Assembly (NCBI GenBank): GCA_038206475.1
Contig: JBBRAU010000003.1
Span: forward strand, 13,852-77,851
Length of the DNA stretch: 64,000 nucleotides
From: Patescibacteria group bacterium
GTDB lineage: Bacteria > Patescibacteriota > UBA1384 > JBBRAU01
Direction of reading: 5' to 3'
Shown here in pieces: positions 30,469 to 41,172 of this stretch. Numbering within the stretch: position 1 is the first letter of the stretch; each line of letters starts with the position of its first letter. Under the pieces are notes generated by a model. That model ran no database searches. It was not told the origin of the DNA and saw only the letters and a list, made by a program, of their open reading frames with translations. The position numbers and the translations under genes are program-made.

Positions 30469-31647
30469 ATGGTTGAGGACAGTCCAGATACACTGCCAAG
30501 ACGGCGTGTGCGCAGCTCGGTCGCTGTGCTAGTGCTACTACTGTCCTTTATTTTTGGTACCGTTGGCGGCATTTTCGGTATTGCCGTGCTCTCCACCAAC
30601 AACTCCTTAAAAACGGCGCTCCATTTAGAAAATGGTTTAACGCTGCCCGCCACCTCAACGAACAAGGTTGTATTTGAGGAGTCAAACGCCGTCATAGACA
30701 CCGTCAAGAAGGTCCAGCCGTCGGTTGTTTCGATCAAAACTAGCCAGAGTGTGCAGAACTTCTTTGGTATCACCCAGACCGTCGAAGGCGGCGGCACAGG
30801 CTTCATTCTGACCGAGGACGGCTTGATTGCTACCAACAAACACGTCGTCTCTGACCCAAAAGTGCAGTACACGGTGTTTACTAGTGACGGCAAGAGCTAT
30901 CCGGCAAAAATTACGGCCGTCGACCCAGTTAATGACTTTGCGGTGCTGAAAATTGACGCTAAGGGCCTGCAGCCGGTTGAGCTGGGTGACTCTGACGGCT
31001 TGGAGGTTGGCCAATATGTGGTTGCCATCGGTAATGCTCTAGCGGAGTTCAAAAATACTGTCACGTTTGGCGTTATCTCGGCCAAAGATCGCCAGGTAAC
31101 AGCCGCCACCGACCAGCTAGGTGGCAACAGCGAAAACTTAGAGGGGTTGCTGCAGACGGACGCCGCTATCAACCCTGGCAACTCCGGGGGGCCGCTGGTG
31201 AATTTAAAAGGCCAAGTGGTAGGCATCAATACGGCCGTGGCGGGTAACGCTCAAAACATTGGTTTTGCCATCCCCATCAACAGTGCTAAGTCAGCCATAG
31301 ATTCTGTCCGGAAGAGCGGTAAAATTATTCGACCACAACTGGGTATTCGTTTTGTCGCTATCACTAAAGAGATTGCAGTCGCCAATAAACTGCCGGTTGA
31401 CCATGGCGCCTTAGTTATTCACGGCGACGCTGTTACGGATTCAGCCGTGATTCCTGGCGGCCCCGCCGATAAAGCGGGCATCAAAGAGAATGATATTATC
31501 ACTGACATTAATAGTCAGAGCATCGATGACGATCACTCACTGCCGTCGCTCCTGCAAAAGTATAACCCTGGCGACACGGTAACCCTCAAGATCTTACATG
31601 GCGGCACCGCACAAACCATCTCGGTCAAGCTGGGTTCAACAGAGTAA
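30469..31647 (+). CDS. htrA: HtrA/DegP family serine protease with PDZ domain
   Basis: GTGFI, TNKHVV and QTDAAINPGNSGGPL motifs; N-terminal TM and C-terminal PDZ. Confidence 0.95.
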   Translation: MVEDSPDTLPRRRVRSSVAVLVLLLSFIFGTVGGIFGIAVLSTNNSLKTALHLENGLTLPATSTNKVVFEESNAVIDTVKKVQPSVVSIKTSQSVQNFFGITQTVEGGGTGFILTEDGLIATNKHVVSDPKVQYTVFTSDGKSYPAKITAVDPVNDFAVLKIDAKGLQPVELGDSDGLEVGQYVVAIGNALAEFKNTVTFGVISAKDRQVTAATDQLGGNSENLEGLLQTDAAINPGNSGGPLVNLKGQVVGINTAVAGNAQNIGFAIPINSAKSAIDSVRKSGKIIRPQLGIRFVAITKEIAVANKLPVDHGALVIHGDAVTDSAVIPGGPADKAGIKENDIITDINSQSIDDDHSLPSLLQKYNPGDTVTLKILHGGTAQTISVKLGSTE

Positions 31648-31659
31648 GACGCACCGTAC

Positions 31660-31688
31660 AACAAAAGCGGCCGAAAGGCCGCTTTTGT
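31660..31688. terminator. Bidirectional terminator
   Basis: acaaaagcggcc-gaaa-ggccgcttttgt. Confidence 0.85.
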
Positions 31689-31730
31689 ATTTTGCCTAAT
31701 CACGATTTTAAACGATTACGCTTACAGACA

Positions 31731-33983
31731 TTAGGATTTACGCACTAGTATTGATGCCTCAGGCTCAGGATTGGTACCTATGACTATCGATACAGGTTCC
31801 GCTGCCGAAGACGCGCAGAGCTTGAGTCTAAGGGTTGCCCTGGGCGCGTAAAAATCCGGTTGAATTTCGTCTCTATACCTATTCTCCCCTTGTTTTATCA
31901 TTGAGTGTAAGTGGTGGATTAACAGCAACAATGAGTTCAGCCATTAGATTTGTTTCGCCATCGGCGGTGAGGGTGCCGCTGATACCCATGTTGCGTGCAA
32001 AGAAATTAGTAAGACTCAATGCGAATGGCGTGCCGCCAAGCAAGTGACAGCAGCTACTGAGACTATCAAGTTTGATGCCCCGACTATCGGTAATAGCCAT
32101 TGCCTCGTCAACGGTGACTACGCCTTGGCTCAATTGGTATACTGCGTCCCGATCACTGCCGTTGTCCTCAAAGGGTGCAAGTAGAATGACGAGTGAGCCG
32201 GAGTTAACCTGTTTCAGTTGATTGAGAAAGGCGTCATGAGTGGTCGCGGAGACATAAGAAACGTGACTGCCCGCTCGGCTGGCCCTGGCTAAGATGTTAG
32301 TAATTCTGCTCATTTGGCTCGGACTAATATCTGACGGTCGGTAAGCCTTAACGACAACAATATCGGTCGGTAGAGCTGGTGCGCCATCGGGTGCCATGTC
32401 AAGCAATAATTTGCCGTTGTTAGCTTGTGGAATAGTAAACGATTCCGCCATGCCGTAGTCTGGCAGGTAATCGTTAAGATATTGCTTTGGCACTTGTTTT
32501 TCGGGGTCAACGCGTTGGCCGGTCAACGAGGTCGGTTCCTGGATCAACAGGTCGGATTGTTTGGTGTCATAGATGCCACGGGCAATTTTTACCGTTTTTC
32601 CGTCAAAGTACGTGTAGTTACCATTGCCCGAGCGACTAAAACCCGTATTAATTTGAGTCGGGTCAATTTTCAGGCTGAAGCCGCCAAGCGTCAAGTAGTA
32701 TAAAACATTCTCGATAGCTTCGGTCTTACTTATTTGGGGTTCTGTAAGGTCATTGATGATAAGGTGCATGCTGCCAGCCTGTTGATTTGACGTCGGCGTG
32801 GGTCCCGGTGAGCTGGTCGAGGTAGCAGCCGGGCCATAAGCGACATTCTCTTTCAAGGTTGTGTTATGGAAGTTCTTTTGAGTAAATATTGCACCATAGA
32901 CATTTTCGTCTCGACTACCATCAAACGTCCAGGCTTGTGCGCCCCGTTGAAGGCTGTAACGCCAGCTCTTGGTAAATTTGTCAGTAATAGTAGTTGACGA
33001 ATCCCAGGATATTTTACCGGTCGCAACGTCTGCCACCCCTTTGCCCTGCATGTTCTCCACGTGTTTGAGGCGCGGACAAGAGAGCCTTTCAGTGTGCCGC
33101 GCCCTTGGCCTTCTAGGTGTTGAATTTCAGTGCTCGTGACAGAGCAACCATCAGGACAAAACTTGAGGGATGTCAGCTGGGTGGTGTAGGCAGGACTATT
33201 TTCGCTTGCAGGACCGTTAGGATCCCCAGGAACACTGCGAATACTGAAGCCAGCTTCACCGTTTAAAACCCCCACTACACGTTTCGTCCACGTACTGCCA
33301 CGGTTTAGCTTCACATCTTCGTTGTCACCGAGCCGACTAGCCATATTTTGGCTAAGATTAAGGTTGTAGATGAATGGTGTAACGACATCAGCTTTATCCA
33401 GTGTGGCCTTGTGACTGAGGAATATATTCTCCATTCTCTCAGGAGAGGAGGAGACATAGTTTGCGGTCCCCGTCACTGTTCCACGAATATTAGTCGACTG
33501 ACTCCCAGAGCTACTAACGGTACTATCCTTGTAGATGTACCCGGTGGAAAGTGGACTAAGAGTGACGGTGATTTTGGCGCTTACCTCTAGGCCATTCTCA
33601 CTGGGCCCTCTGCTCCCAAAGGAACATGTGGTGTCACCAACTTGTATTGTCTTACCTACCAAACCATCGTTGGTATTTTCTATGCAGGCTTGGGCACGGC
33701 TGTTCAACATCGTTTGGGTAGTTTCTTTTAAATAGCCTTCAAGTGCGGTGATGCCACCGTGTACTTGTGATGAGATAAGTCCACCGCAGGTGAAATCGGC
33801 GCTCGCTGGAGCACAGGCGTTAACGGTGGGTTTTTGCAGAGTAGCGATATCAATAGTTGAAGCTTGGTCGAGCGCGTTGTCGGCCGAAGAAAAAAAACGG
33901 CCACGTTGAGTGGCCACAAGAACAATAACAATAACGACGAATAGTGCTGAACCAATAAATTATTGACGACGCGATAGTTTCAC
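31731..33983 (-). pseudogene. Disrupted large secreted/surface protein (about 750 codons)
   Basis: SD AAGGAGG then GTG 33983; in-frame TAA at codon 8 (33960-33962) within the signal region; frame changes near 33070 and probably near 31892. Confidence 0.65.
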
Positions 33984-34039
33984 ATTCCTCCTTATATAGA
34001 TAACTCCAGTCTAACCCACCAACAAGTGGAAGCCAATGG

Positions 34040-34873
34040 TTAAGTCACAATAGAAACTTGGAGGTCTGAGAAAATGTGCTGTAAATCGGCTTTTTGATTG
34101 GCGGCGCATTCGAAAAGCAGGAGAGAGTCTTTAGCTAAATAGGGGTTAATCTGCTGCCTAAGCTGGCGGTATAGCTCAAGGCCATCGGCACCGCCGAGCA
34201 GGGCGACGGCGGGCTCAAGCAGCACCTCTGGCTCAAGTGCCGGCATGATGCCGTCTGGAATGTACGGCAGGTTGCCGAGCACAATATCAAATTTCTGCAC
34301 AGGGACACCTCTGAGCAAATCACTTTCAATAAAAGTAACATTTTTTGTCTCGTGTGCCTGGGCGTTCTGCCTAGCGATCTTGAGCGCGGCGCGGCTAATT
34401 TCCGTGGCGATTATTTGGTACGAAATCCGGCGTCTTTCTAGCTCGTTGGCCAGCGAGATGGCGAGGCAGCCGCTGCCGGTGCCGATGTCTAATATCTGCC
34501 ACCGTTTCGGCGCAGGCGAGGCAGTAATATGGCTGAGTGCTTGCTCAATTAAGGCCTCTGATTCTGGGCGGGGTTGCAAAACATCAGGGGTGATAACGTA
34601 GCGATGGCCATAAAACTCTTTGTAGCCAACGATCATCGCCACCGGCTCGTGAGCCACCCGTCGCGCAATCAGCTTTTGCAGTGCTGGCTCAAGCTGGGCG
34701 GGTGCTGGGTCGGTCATATGCGACAGAAGGCGCTCGGAGCTCCACTCCTGCCCGCTAAGCTGGCTCAAGGCGAAGGCCAGCAACAGGCGAGCGTCTAGCT
34801 TGGCGGTTGGTTTGTTGGCAACCATCAATTCTGCCGCAGCGAGCTGCCACAGAGCCTGCAGCGTTTTAGGCAT
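34040..34873 (-). CDS. prmC: Release factor glutamine methyltransferase
   Basis: [17 protein letters not shown] and NLPY motifs; downstream of prfA. Confidence 0.95.
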   Translation of the reverse strand: MPKTLQALWQLAAAELMVANKPTAKLDARLLLAFALSQLSGQEWSSERLLSHMTDPAPAQLEPALQKLIARRVAHEPVAMIVGYKEFYGHRYVITPDVLQPRPESEALIEQALSHITASPAPKRWQILDIGTGSGCLAISLANELERRRISYQIIATEISRAALKIARQNAQAHETKNVTFIESDLLRGVPVQKFDIVLGNLPYIPDGIMPALEPEVLLEPAVALLGGADGLELYRQLRQQINPYLAKDSLLLFECAANQKADLQHIFSDLQVSIVT

Positions 34874-35942
34874 GGTGTCCGGCGCGGGCAAGGCGATCAG
34901 CCATGTCGGCTTCGGCTAGGGCGTGAGTCAGCTCGTCAATATCACCGTCTAAGATGCGCGGCAGGCCGTGGGTAGTGTAGTTGATGCGATGATCACTGAG
35001 TCGGTCTTGGGGGAAGTTGTAGGTACGGATCTTTTCCGAGCGGTCGCCGCCGCCGATTTGCAACAGGCGTTCTTCGCCGCGCTCTTTCTGAAGTCGCTCT
35101 TGTTCAGCCGAGAGCAGACGGGCGCGCAGCACGCGCATGGCTTTATCTTTATTTTTGAGCTGCGACTTTTCGTCCTGGCAGGTGACAACCAAGCCGGTTG
35201 GCAGGTGCGTCAGGCGAACAGCCGAGTCGGTGGTGTTAACGCTTTGACCACCATTGCCACTCGAGCGGTAGACGTCGATGCGCAGGTCCTCTGGCCGAAT
35301 GTCAATTTCGGCCGTTTCCGACAGTGGTAGCACGGCCACTGTGGCGGTTGAGGTGTGAATACGCCCGGCTTTTTCTGTCTCTGGCACGCGCTGCACACGG
35401 TGGACGCCGGACTCGAATTTGAGCAGACCGTACGTGCCGCCGCCATGCACCTCAACGACTGCCTCTTTGATGCCGCCAAGTGAGGTTTGGTTCAAGGAGT
35501 CAATCTCCAAATGTAAGCCATGCCGTTCAGCGTAACGGCTGTACATGCGCAGCAGCTCTGAGGCAAACAGCTCAGCTTCATCTCCGCCGACGCCGGAGCG
35601 AATTTCCAGGACGGCGTCGCCAAAGTCATGCGGATCAGCCGGTAGCAGGGCAGTTTGCACCGCCTGCTCAAGTGTCGGCAGTGCGGCCTCGGCCTCATCT
35701 ACCTCGGCTTGAGCCATCGCCTTCAACTCCGTATCAGTTTCGCTGGTCAGCATCTCACGGCCTTCGCGCAGCTTTTGTTCCGTCTGGCGCAACTGGTCAA
35801 ACAAGGCCGCCTGGCTGCTCAGTAGCTTTTCTTCGCGCGAAAGCGGCCCGAGCGATTCGGGTGTGCTTACTGCCGCTTCGTTCAGGCGACGTTGAACATC
35901 GGCCAGGTTGGCACGGAGCGACTGCTCTTCGGTTTCGTACAT
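34866..35942 (-). CDS. prfA: Peptide chain release factor 1
   Basis: [12 protein letters not shown] (PxT), GGQ and [12 protein letters not shown] motifs. Confidence 0.97.
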   Translation of the reverse strand: MYETEEQSLRANLADVQRRLNEAAVSTPESLGPLSREEKLLSSQAALFDQLRQTEQKLREGREMLTSETDTELKAMAQAEVDEAEAALPTLEQAVQTALLPADPHDFGDAVLEIRSGVGGDEAELFASELLRMYSRYAERHGLHLEIDSLNQTSLGGIKEAVVEVHGGGTYGLLKFESGVHRVQRVPETEKAGRIHTSTATVAVLPLSETAEIDIRPEDLRIDVYRSSGNGGQSVNTTDSAVRLTHLPTGLVVTCQDEKSQLKNKDKAMRVLRARLLSAEQERLQKERGEERLLQIGGGDRSEKIRTYNFPQDRLSDHRINYTTHGLPRILDGDIDELTHALAEADMADRLARAGHHA

Positions 35943-36016
35943 TATTTCCTCATGCTTGCGCGTTTCAAAAAGAGGCAGGCCAAGTTGGCCACACCTCTTT
36001 ATAATACCGTATTTCG

Positions 36017-36298
36017 TTAGGACGCGGTTTCGGTGGTTTCGGGCCCTGGCGTTTCGGCTGGCTCAGCTTCCGGCCTAGCTTTTTGACTGCGAGCCTGTTG
36101 GGCATCCAGCTTCTGCTTGAAGCGCTCAAGACGACCGGTGGTGTCAATGAATTTTTGGCGGCCGGTGTAGAACGGATGGCAGTTTGAGCACACCTCAACT
36201 TTAATCTCTGGCACGGTCGCGCCAGTCGTAAAGTGGTTACCGCAAATGCAGCTTACCTTGGCCTCTTTGAAGTAGGTTGGGTGGATGTCGTTTTTCAT
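36017..36298 (-). CDS. rpmE: 50S ribosomal protein L31 (Zn-binding type)
   Basis: MKNDIHPTY...CICG...[10 protein letters not shown]. Confidence 0.96.
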   Translation of the reverse strand: MKNDIHPTYFKEAKVSCICGNHFTTGATVPEIKVEVCSNCHPFYTGRQKFIDTTGRLERFKQKLDAQQARSQKARPEAEPAETPGPETTETAS

Positions 36299-36333
36299 AT
36301 AGTTCGTTTCTACCACATCTTGCCGTAAAAATC

Positions 36334-36494
36334 TAGACACTGAGCCTGTGTTCTGCTAGGGTAAAAACACATCAGCAAGGCCGATGGCTTTGACTACACA
36401 TGTCTGGGAATCATGAAATGAGCAGAGGTTTCTGCTTGCCGACGGCAAGTCACCTCCGTTTCTCCGGGCAGAGGCAAAAGAAAGAAAGGTTTTC
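36334..36494 (+). promoter_or_regulatory. rpsB promoter and structured leader (possible S2 autoregulatory element)
   Basis: TAGACA-17-TAGGGT with extended TG, then a leader of about 125 nt with short hairpins. Confidence 0.5.
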
Positions 36495-37307
36495 ATGGTG
36501 CAAACACCAAAGCTGCGGAGCCTGCTTGAAGCCGGTGTCCATTTCGGTCACTCCAAGAGCCGCCGCCACCCGCGGGCGGAGCGCTTTATTTTTACGACGC
36601 GCGACAACACCAGTATTATTAATCTTGAGTCGACGGCTCGCGGGCTAGACGCCGCTCTGCAGTTTATCGAGCAGTTGGCCTCAAGCGGCAAACTGGTGCT
36701 GTTTGTCGCCACCAAGCGCCAAGCCAAGATGATTGTGACTGAAACGTGCAAAAAAGCCGGCATTCCGTACGTGGCTGAGCGTTGGGTAGGCGGCATGCTA
36801 ACCAACTTCAGCATGATTAAGCGCTCAATTGACCGCATGATTTCACTCGAAACCGAGAAAGAAACCGGCTTGTGGCAGAGCTTGCCCAAGCAGGAGGTCT
36901 CGCGCTTGGAGACGGAGCTGCTGCGTCTGCACGTTCAATTTGACGGCGTGCGCAGCCTCACCCGCGTGCCGGATGCTTTGTTTGTGGTTGACGTTCAAAA
37001 CGAGCAAACCGCGCTGCGCGAGGCCAAATCGCTCAACCTGCCGGTGGTTGCTCTGGTGGACACCAATGCTGATCCAACCACCATTGACTACCCGATTCCG
37101 GCTAATGACGACGCTACCAAAGCGCTGGAGTTATTGATTGGTCTCGTTGCTGAGGCGTTCGAATCTGGCCGAGCGAAGCACACCGCTCAGGCCGAGCAAG
37201 CCTCCGCTGCAGCGGCGGCCGCCAAAAATACGCCGACAGTTGCGACGCAGCCAAGTGGCAACGGCAAAAGCGGGGAAGCTGCCGACGCGGCAAAGGAGAC
37301 TGCATGA
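36495..37307 (+). CDS. rpsB: 30S ribosomal protein S2
   Basis: LLEAGVHFGH, RWVGGMLTNF, DTNADP and IPANDDA motifs. Confidence 0.98.
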   Translation: MVQTPKLRSLLEAGVHFGHSKSRRHPRAERFIFTTRDNTSIINLESTARGLDAALQFIEQLASSGKLVLFVATKRQAKMIVTETCKKAGIPYVAERWVGGMLTNFSMIKRSIDRMISLETEKETGLWQSLPKQEVSRLETELLRLHVQFDGVRSLTRVPDALFVVDVQNEQTALREAKSLNLPVVALVDTNADPTTIDYPIPANDDATKALELLIGLVAEAFESGRAKHTAQAEQASAAAAAAKNTPTVATQPSGNGKSGEAADAAKETA

Positions 37308-37759
37308 TCACTGCGGAAATGATTAATAAAATTCGCCAGGAAACCGGTTACGGCTTAATGGATATCAAGCGCGCCTTAACCGAGGCGGGTGGGGATGAGG
37401 TGCAGGCTTTAGAGCTGTTGAAAGCTAAAGGTGCTGAGCGTATGGGTAAACGGGCTGACCGTTCAGCCAACCAAGGGTACATTGATGCTTACAGCCACGG
37501 CGGCCGCTTAGGCGTGCTGGTGGAGGTGAACTGCGAAACTGACTTTGTCGCCAAAAATGAAGATTTCCGCGCTTTTGTGCATGATGTGGCTCTGCAGGTG
37601 TCTTCGATGGGCCCGGCTGACGTGGACGAACTGCTAGCCCAGCCGTTTGTCAAAGATCCGAGTCAAACTGTTGCCGACTTGCTCACCAGCATCGCGCAAA
37701 AGACCGGCGAAAAGGTGACGATCACGCGCTTTGTGCGCTACACACTCGGTGAGAACTGA
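37304..37759 (+). CDS. tsf: Elongation factor Ts (short form)
   Basis: UBA-like N-terminus and EVNCETDFVA motif; 151 aa. Confidence 0.95.
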   Translation: MITAEMINKIRQETGYGLMDIKRALTEAGGDEVQALELLKAKGAERMGKRADRSANQGYIDAYSHGGRLGVLVEVNCETDFVAKNEDFRAFVHDVALQVSSMGPADVDELLAQPFVKDPSQTVADLLTSIAQKTGEKVTITRFVRYTLGEN

Positions 37760-37780
37760 ATAAGAACTTTAAACAGGAAG

Positions 37781-37811
37781 AAAAACCCTGGTCCGCGGGC
37801 CAGGGTTTTTT
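37781..37811. terminator. Bidirectional terminator
   Basis: aaaaaccctggtcc-gcg-ggccagggtttttt. Confidence 0.8.
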
Positions 37812-37818
37812 CGAGGGT

Positions 37819-38004
37819 TTACTTCCGGTGACGGGAGCGTCTTTTGTTGGGGGAGGGTTTTGGGGGTCTGGGAGGAGATTCAAATGTGATCATGCCTCGC
37901 CCTTCCTTGATGAGCGTGCCCCACCACGTGGTGCGTATCACTTTACCACCTGAAACGATCTGGACAGGAAAGTTGACATCAAAGCCCTTCTGTAACTGCG
38001 ACAT
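37819..38004 (-). CDS. Small orphan protein (61 aa)
   Basis: SD GAGGAG; own promoter TTGACA-17-TAGTTT on the minus strand (about 38083-38055); ends at the terminator. Confidence 0.55.
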   Translation of the reverse strand: MSQLQKGFDVNFPVQIVSGGKVIRTTWWGTLIKEGRGMITFESPPRPPKPSPNKRRSRHRK

Positions 38005-38137
38005 AGACCAAACTCCTCGTCCGGAAATGAAAGAATAAGGCACAAACCTCATCTAAACTACGGCCTTAGTCAAACCCTGTCAAGAGAGCCGACTATTTGC
38101 TAGCGTAAAGAGGAAGTCAGGACAAGCAAGGAGTAAC

Positions 38138-38698
38138 GTGACCTTACACGACATAATCCACCCGCTGAAGCCAAAAATGCAGGACGTCATCACCCATTTT
38201 GAGGGGGAGCTAAAGAGTGTTCGCACCGGCCGGGCTCATGGCGGTTTAGTTGAGAATATTACCGTTAGCTACTACGGTACGGAAACCCCAATTAAGCAGA
38301 TGGCCGGCATCACCGTGCCAGAGGCTACACAGCTGCTCATTACCCCCTGGGACCGCCAGGCGCTTGGCGATATCGAGCAGGCCATTCGGCAGGCTAACCT
38401 AGGTATTAACCCGACCAATGATGGCCAAGCCATCCGGATTATTTTACCAGCGCTGAATGAAGAGCGTCGCCGTGACTTGGTGAAGCAGATAGGCACCATG
38501 GCCGAAACGGCACGCATCAGCCTGCGCAATTTACGTAAAGATGCTTGGGAGCAGGTCCAGAAAGCTGAAAAGAGCGGGGACCTGCCGGAGGATGATCGCT
38601 ATCGTGGTGAAGAAGAGCTGAATAAATTAATTGATGACTTCAACAAACAGGTTGAGGAAAAGGTCAAAGCTAAAGAGCAAGAGTTGATGAGCCTCTAA
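38138..38698 (+). CDS. frr: Ribosome recycling factor
   Basis: SVRTGRA, YYGTETP, NPTNDG and EERRRDLVK motifs. Confidence 0.97.
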   Translation: MTLHDIIHPLKPKMQDVITHFEGELKSVRTGRAHGGLVENITVSYYGTETPIKQMAGITVPEATQLLITPWDRQALGDIEQAIRQANLGINPTNDGQAIRIILPALNEERRRDLVKQIGTMAETARISLRNLRKDAWEQVQKAEKSGDLPEDDRYRGEEELNKLIDDFNKQVEEKVKAKEQELMSL

Positions 38699-39762
38699 TG
38701 CTATCCGTTCTTTTTTTACTGCTCTTTTTGTTGGTGCTGGGCGCGCTGGTGCTTATTCATGAGCTCGGCCACTTCTTGATGGCGAAGCAAATGGGTGTGG
38801 CGGTCGAGGAGTTTGCCTTTGGCTTTCCACCGCGACTATGGAGCACAAAACGGGGCGAGACAACCTACTCCGTGAACGCCATTCCGCTTGGCGGCTACGT
38901 TCGATTGCGCGGTGAAGACGGTGAGGTCAACGACAGTCGGTCATTTGCTGGTCAAACACCAGGCAAGCGGGCGCTGATTGTTGTTGCTGGCGTGTTGATG
39001 AATTTGGTGTTCGCTTGGTTGTTGTTGACCCTGTGGTTTGGTGCGGCCGCCATTTGGCCGCCGCCACAAGCTGTTGTCGTCACTGAGGTGTTGCCTAATT
39101 CCGCGGCCAGTGCCGTCGGCTTTGTGGCTGGAGATATTATTCAGTCAGTTGACGCTCAGGCGGCCAGCTCGGTGGCTGCCCTGCAAAGTGCCACCGCCGC
39201 CAAACGTGGTCAGAGCGTACTGGTCGTTTACCGCCATGCTGGGCATATCCAAACCAAAGCTGTCGTTTTGCACCAAGACAGCGCCGCGCTCGGTGTGGCG
39301 GTCGATGAATTAGGTCAAGACGAGGCACCGGACCATGTTTGGCAGGCGCCCTGGGCGGCAGTCCGGGCCATGGCCATTGTTACCTGGTCGACCTTAACGC
39401 TGCTCGGCAGTCTCATCGCCGGCGTATTCGTCAACCACCAGGCCGCCGCCACGGCCAGCGCTAGTGTGGCTGGTCCGGTCGGCATTTACGGCATTTTGGC
39501 CCAAATGGCCGCCCTTGGCTGGTTGTATGTGGTGCGCTTGGTGGGACTGCTGTCGCTGTCGCTGGCCATTTTCAATATTTTGCCCATTCCAGCGCTCGAC
39601 GGCGGCCGCCTGCTGTTTATCGGCCTCGAGAAGTTATTTCGCCGTCGTGTGGTCAAAGTCAAAGTTGAGCAGATTGCCCATCTAGCCGGTTTTGCGTTGC
39701 TTCTGCTTTTGATTGGGCTTATCTCCGCTCGCGACGTGCTGCATCTCGTCCGCGGCAGCTAG
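38698..39762 (+). CDS. rseP: RIP metalloprotease RseP (M50)
   Basis: HELGHF, PLGGYV, PDZ and NILPIPALDGG motifs. Confidence 0.95.
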   Translation: MLSVLFLLLFLLVLGALVLIHELGHFLMAKQMGVAVEEFAFGFPPRLWSTKRGETTYSVNAIPLGGYVRLRGEDGEVNDSRSFAGQTPGKRALIVVAGVLMNLVFAWLLLTLWFGAAAIWPPPQAVVVTEVLPNSAASAVGFVAGDIIQSVDAQAASSVAALQSATAAKRGQSVLVVYRHAGHIQTKAVVLHQDSAALGVAVDELGQDEAPDHVWQAPWAAVRAMAIVTWSTLTLLGSLIAGVFVNHQAAATASASVAGPVGIYGILAQMAALGWLYVVRLVGLLSLSLAIFNILPIPALDGGRLLFIGLEKLFRRRVVKVKVEQIAHLAGFALLLLLIGLISARDVLHLVRGS

Positions 39763-39777
39763 TATCGAAAGGATAAG

Positions 39778-41007
39778 ATGCATCGTTCACACCTATTTGC
39801 GCCCACCCGCCGCGAAGTCGCGGCTGATCTCGGTAGCGCTAATGCAGAGCTCTTAACTCGGGCCGGCTACATTCGCACCGCCGCGGCCGGTGTGCCAATT
39901 TACTTACCGCTTGGCCTGCGGGTGCTGGAAAAAATTGCACGCATTGTCCGCGAAGAAATGGACGCGCTCGGCGGCCAAGAGGTGATTATGTCGGCCTTGC
40001 AGCCAAAAGAGCTCTGGGAAGAGACCGGTCGCTGGCAAAAGTTAGGCCAAAATGACGTCATGTACCAATTTAAAGACCGCTCAGAGCGCGAAACCGGCCT
40101 AGGCATGACCCATGAAGAGATGGCCATTTCTCTTATCCGTGACGCTCAGCCGTCGTATAAAGATTTGCCGCTAGCCATCTACCAAATTCAAAAGAAATTC
40201 CGCGATGAAGCTCGGGCCAAAGCTGGCTTGCTGCGTGGCCGCGAATTCATCATGAAAGATATGTACAGCTTCCACGTCAGCGAAGCTGATTTGGAAGCTT
40301 TTTACAAACAAGCAATCAGTAGCTACTTGAAGGCGTACGAGCGCATCGGTCTGCCGGTGATCGCGACCATTGCCTCTGGCGGTGTTTTTACCGAGAATCA
40401 CTCGCACGAGTTCCAAACTATCACCGAGGTCGGCGAGGACACTATTTATACCTGCGCCAAGTGCAACCAGGCGATAAACGATGAAATCATTGCTAACTTT
40501 CCGGACGGCTGCCCCAACTGCCACGCTGAGCTTAAACCCGAACGGGCAATTGAGGTGGGTAACATCTTCCGATTTGGCACCGGCTATTCGGAGCAAATGG
40601 GCCTGACCTATACGACCGAAACCGGCGGTCGCGAGCATGTGTGGATGGGCTCGTATGGTATCGGCATCAGCCGGGTTATGGGTACAGTGGTTGAAGTTAG
40701 CCATGACGAGCGTGGCATCATTTGGCCACGGAGCATAGCACCATTTGACGTACATCTGCTTGATTTCACTAAAGACGGCCAAGGTGAGAAGGTGGCACAT
40801 CAGATGAAGGCAGCTGGATTGGACGTGCTGCTGGATGACCGTCCGGTTTCAGCCGGCGAGAAATTGGCCGAAGCCGACTTGTTTGGCATCCCATATCGGG
40901 CCATTATCTCCGAAAAAACCGCGGGCCAGATTGAACTCAAAGCTCGCACGGCTCCTGACGCGCGCGTCATGCTGCTTACTGAAGTAATCTCCACGCTCAA
41001 ACGCTAG
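39778..41007 (+). CDS. proS: Proline--tRNA ligase (no INS editing domain)
   Basis: THEE, KFRDEARAKAGLLRGREFIMKDMYSF, IEVGNIF and MGSYGIGISR motifs. Confidence 0.96.
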   Translation: MHRSHLFAPTRREVAADLGSANAELLTRAGYIRTAAAGVPIYLPLGLRVLEKIARIVREEMDALGGQEVIMSALQPKELWEETGRWQKLGQNDVMYQFKDRSERETGLGMTHEEMAISLIRDAQPSYKDLPLAIYQIQKKFRDEARAKAGLLRGREFIMKDMYSFHVSEADLEAFYKQAISSYLKAYERIGLPVIATIASGGVFTENHSHEFQTITEVGEDTIYTCAKCNQAINDEIIANFPDGCPNCHAELKPERAIEVGNIFRFGTGYSEQMGLTYTTETGGREHVWMGSYGIGISRVMGTVVEVSHDERGIIWPRSIAPFDVHLLDFTKDGQGEKVAHQMKAAGLDVLLDDRPVSAGEKLAEADLFGIPYRAIISEKTAGQIELKARTAPDARVMLLTEVISTLKR

Positions 41008-41172
41008 AGACTCCAACCCGTTTCAGGCCGAAAAGGTCTGCCAAGACGTTTAAATCGCGCAGTAGAGCTGATCATTTTTACTGCGCTCAGCTTGCAATGC
41101 TGTGGCGCATACGCGCCCCTTCAAATGATGCGTCAGTTGTTATTGACAACAAAGATTGTTATTTTTCAATAG

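Noticed and set aside
29446-30893. Long minus-strand ORFs (282 and 193 aa)
   Set aside because: They are antisense shadows of well-supported plus-strand genes.
31731-33983. Stop-codon recoding (code 25) to explain the broken gene
   Set aside because: The internal stop is TAA, and many conserved genes here end in TGA at the expected position.
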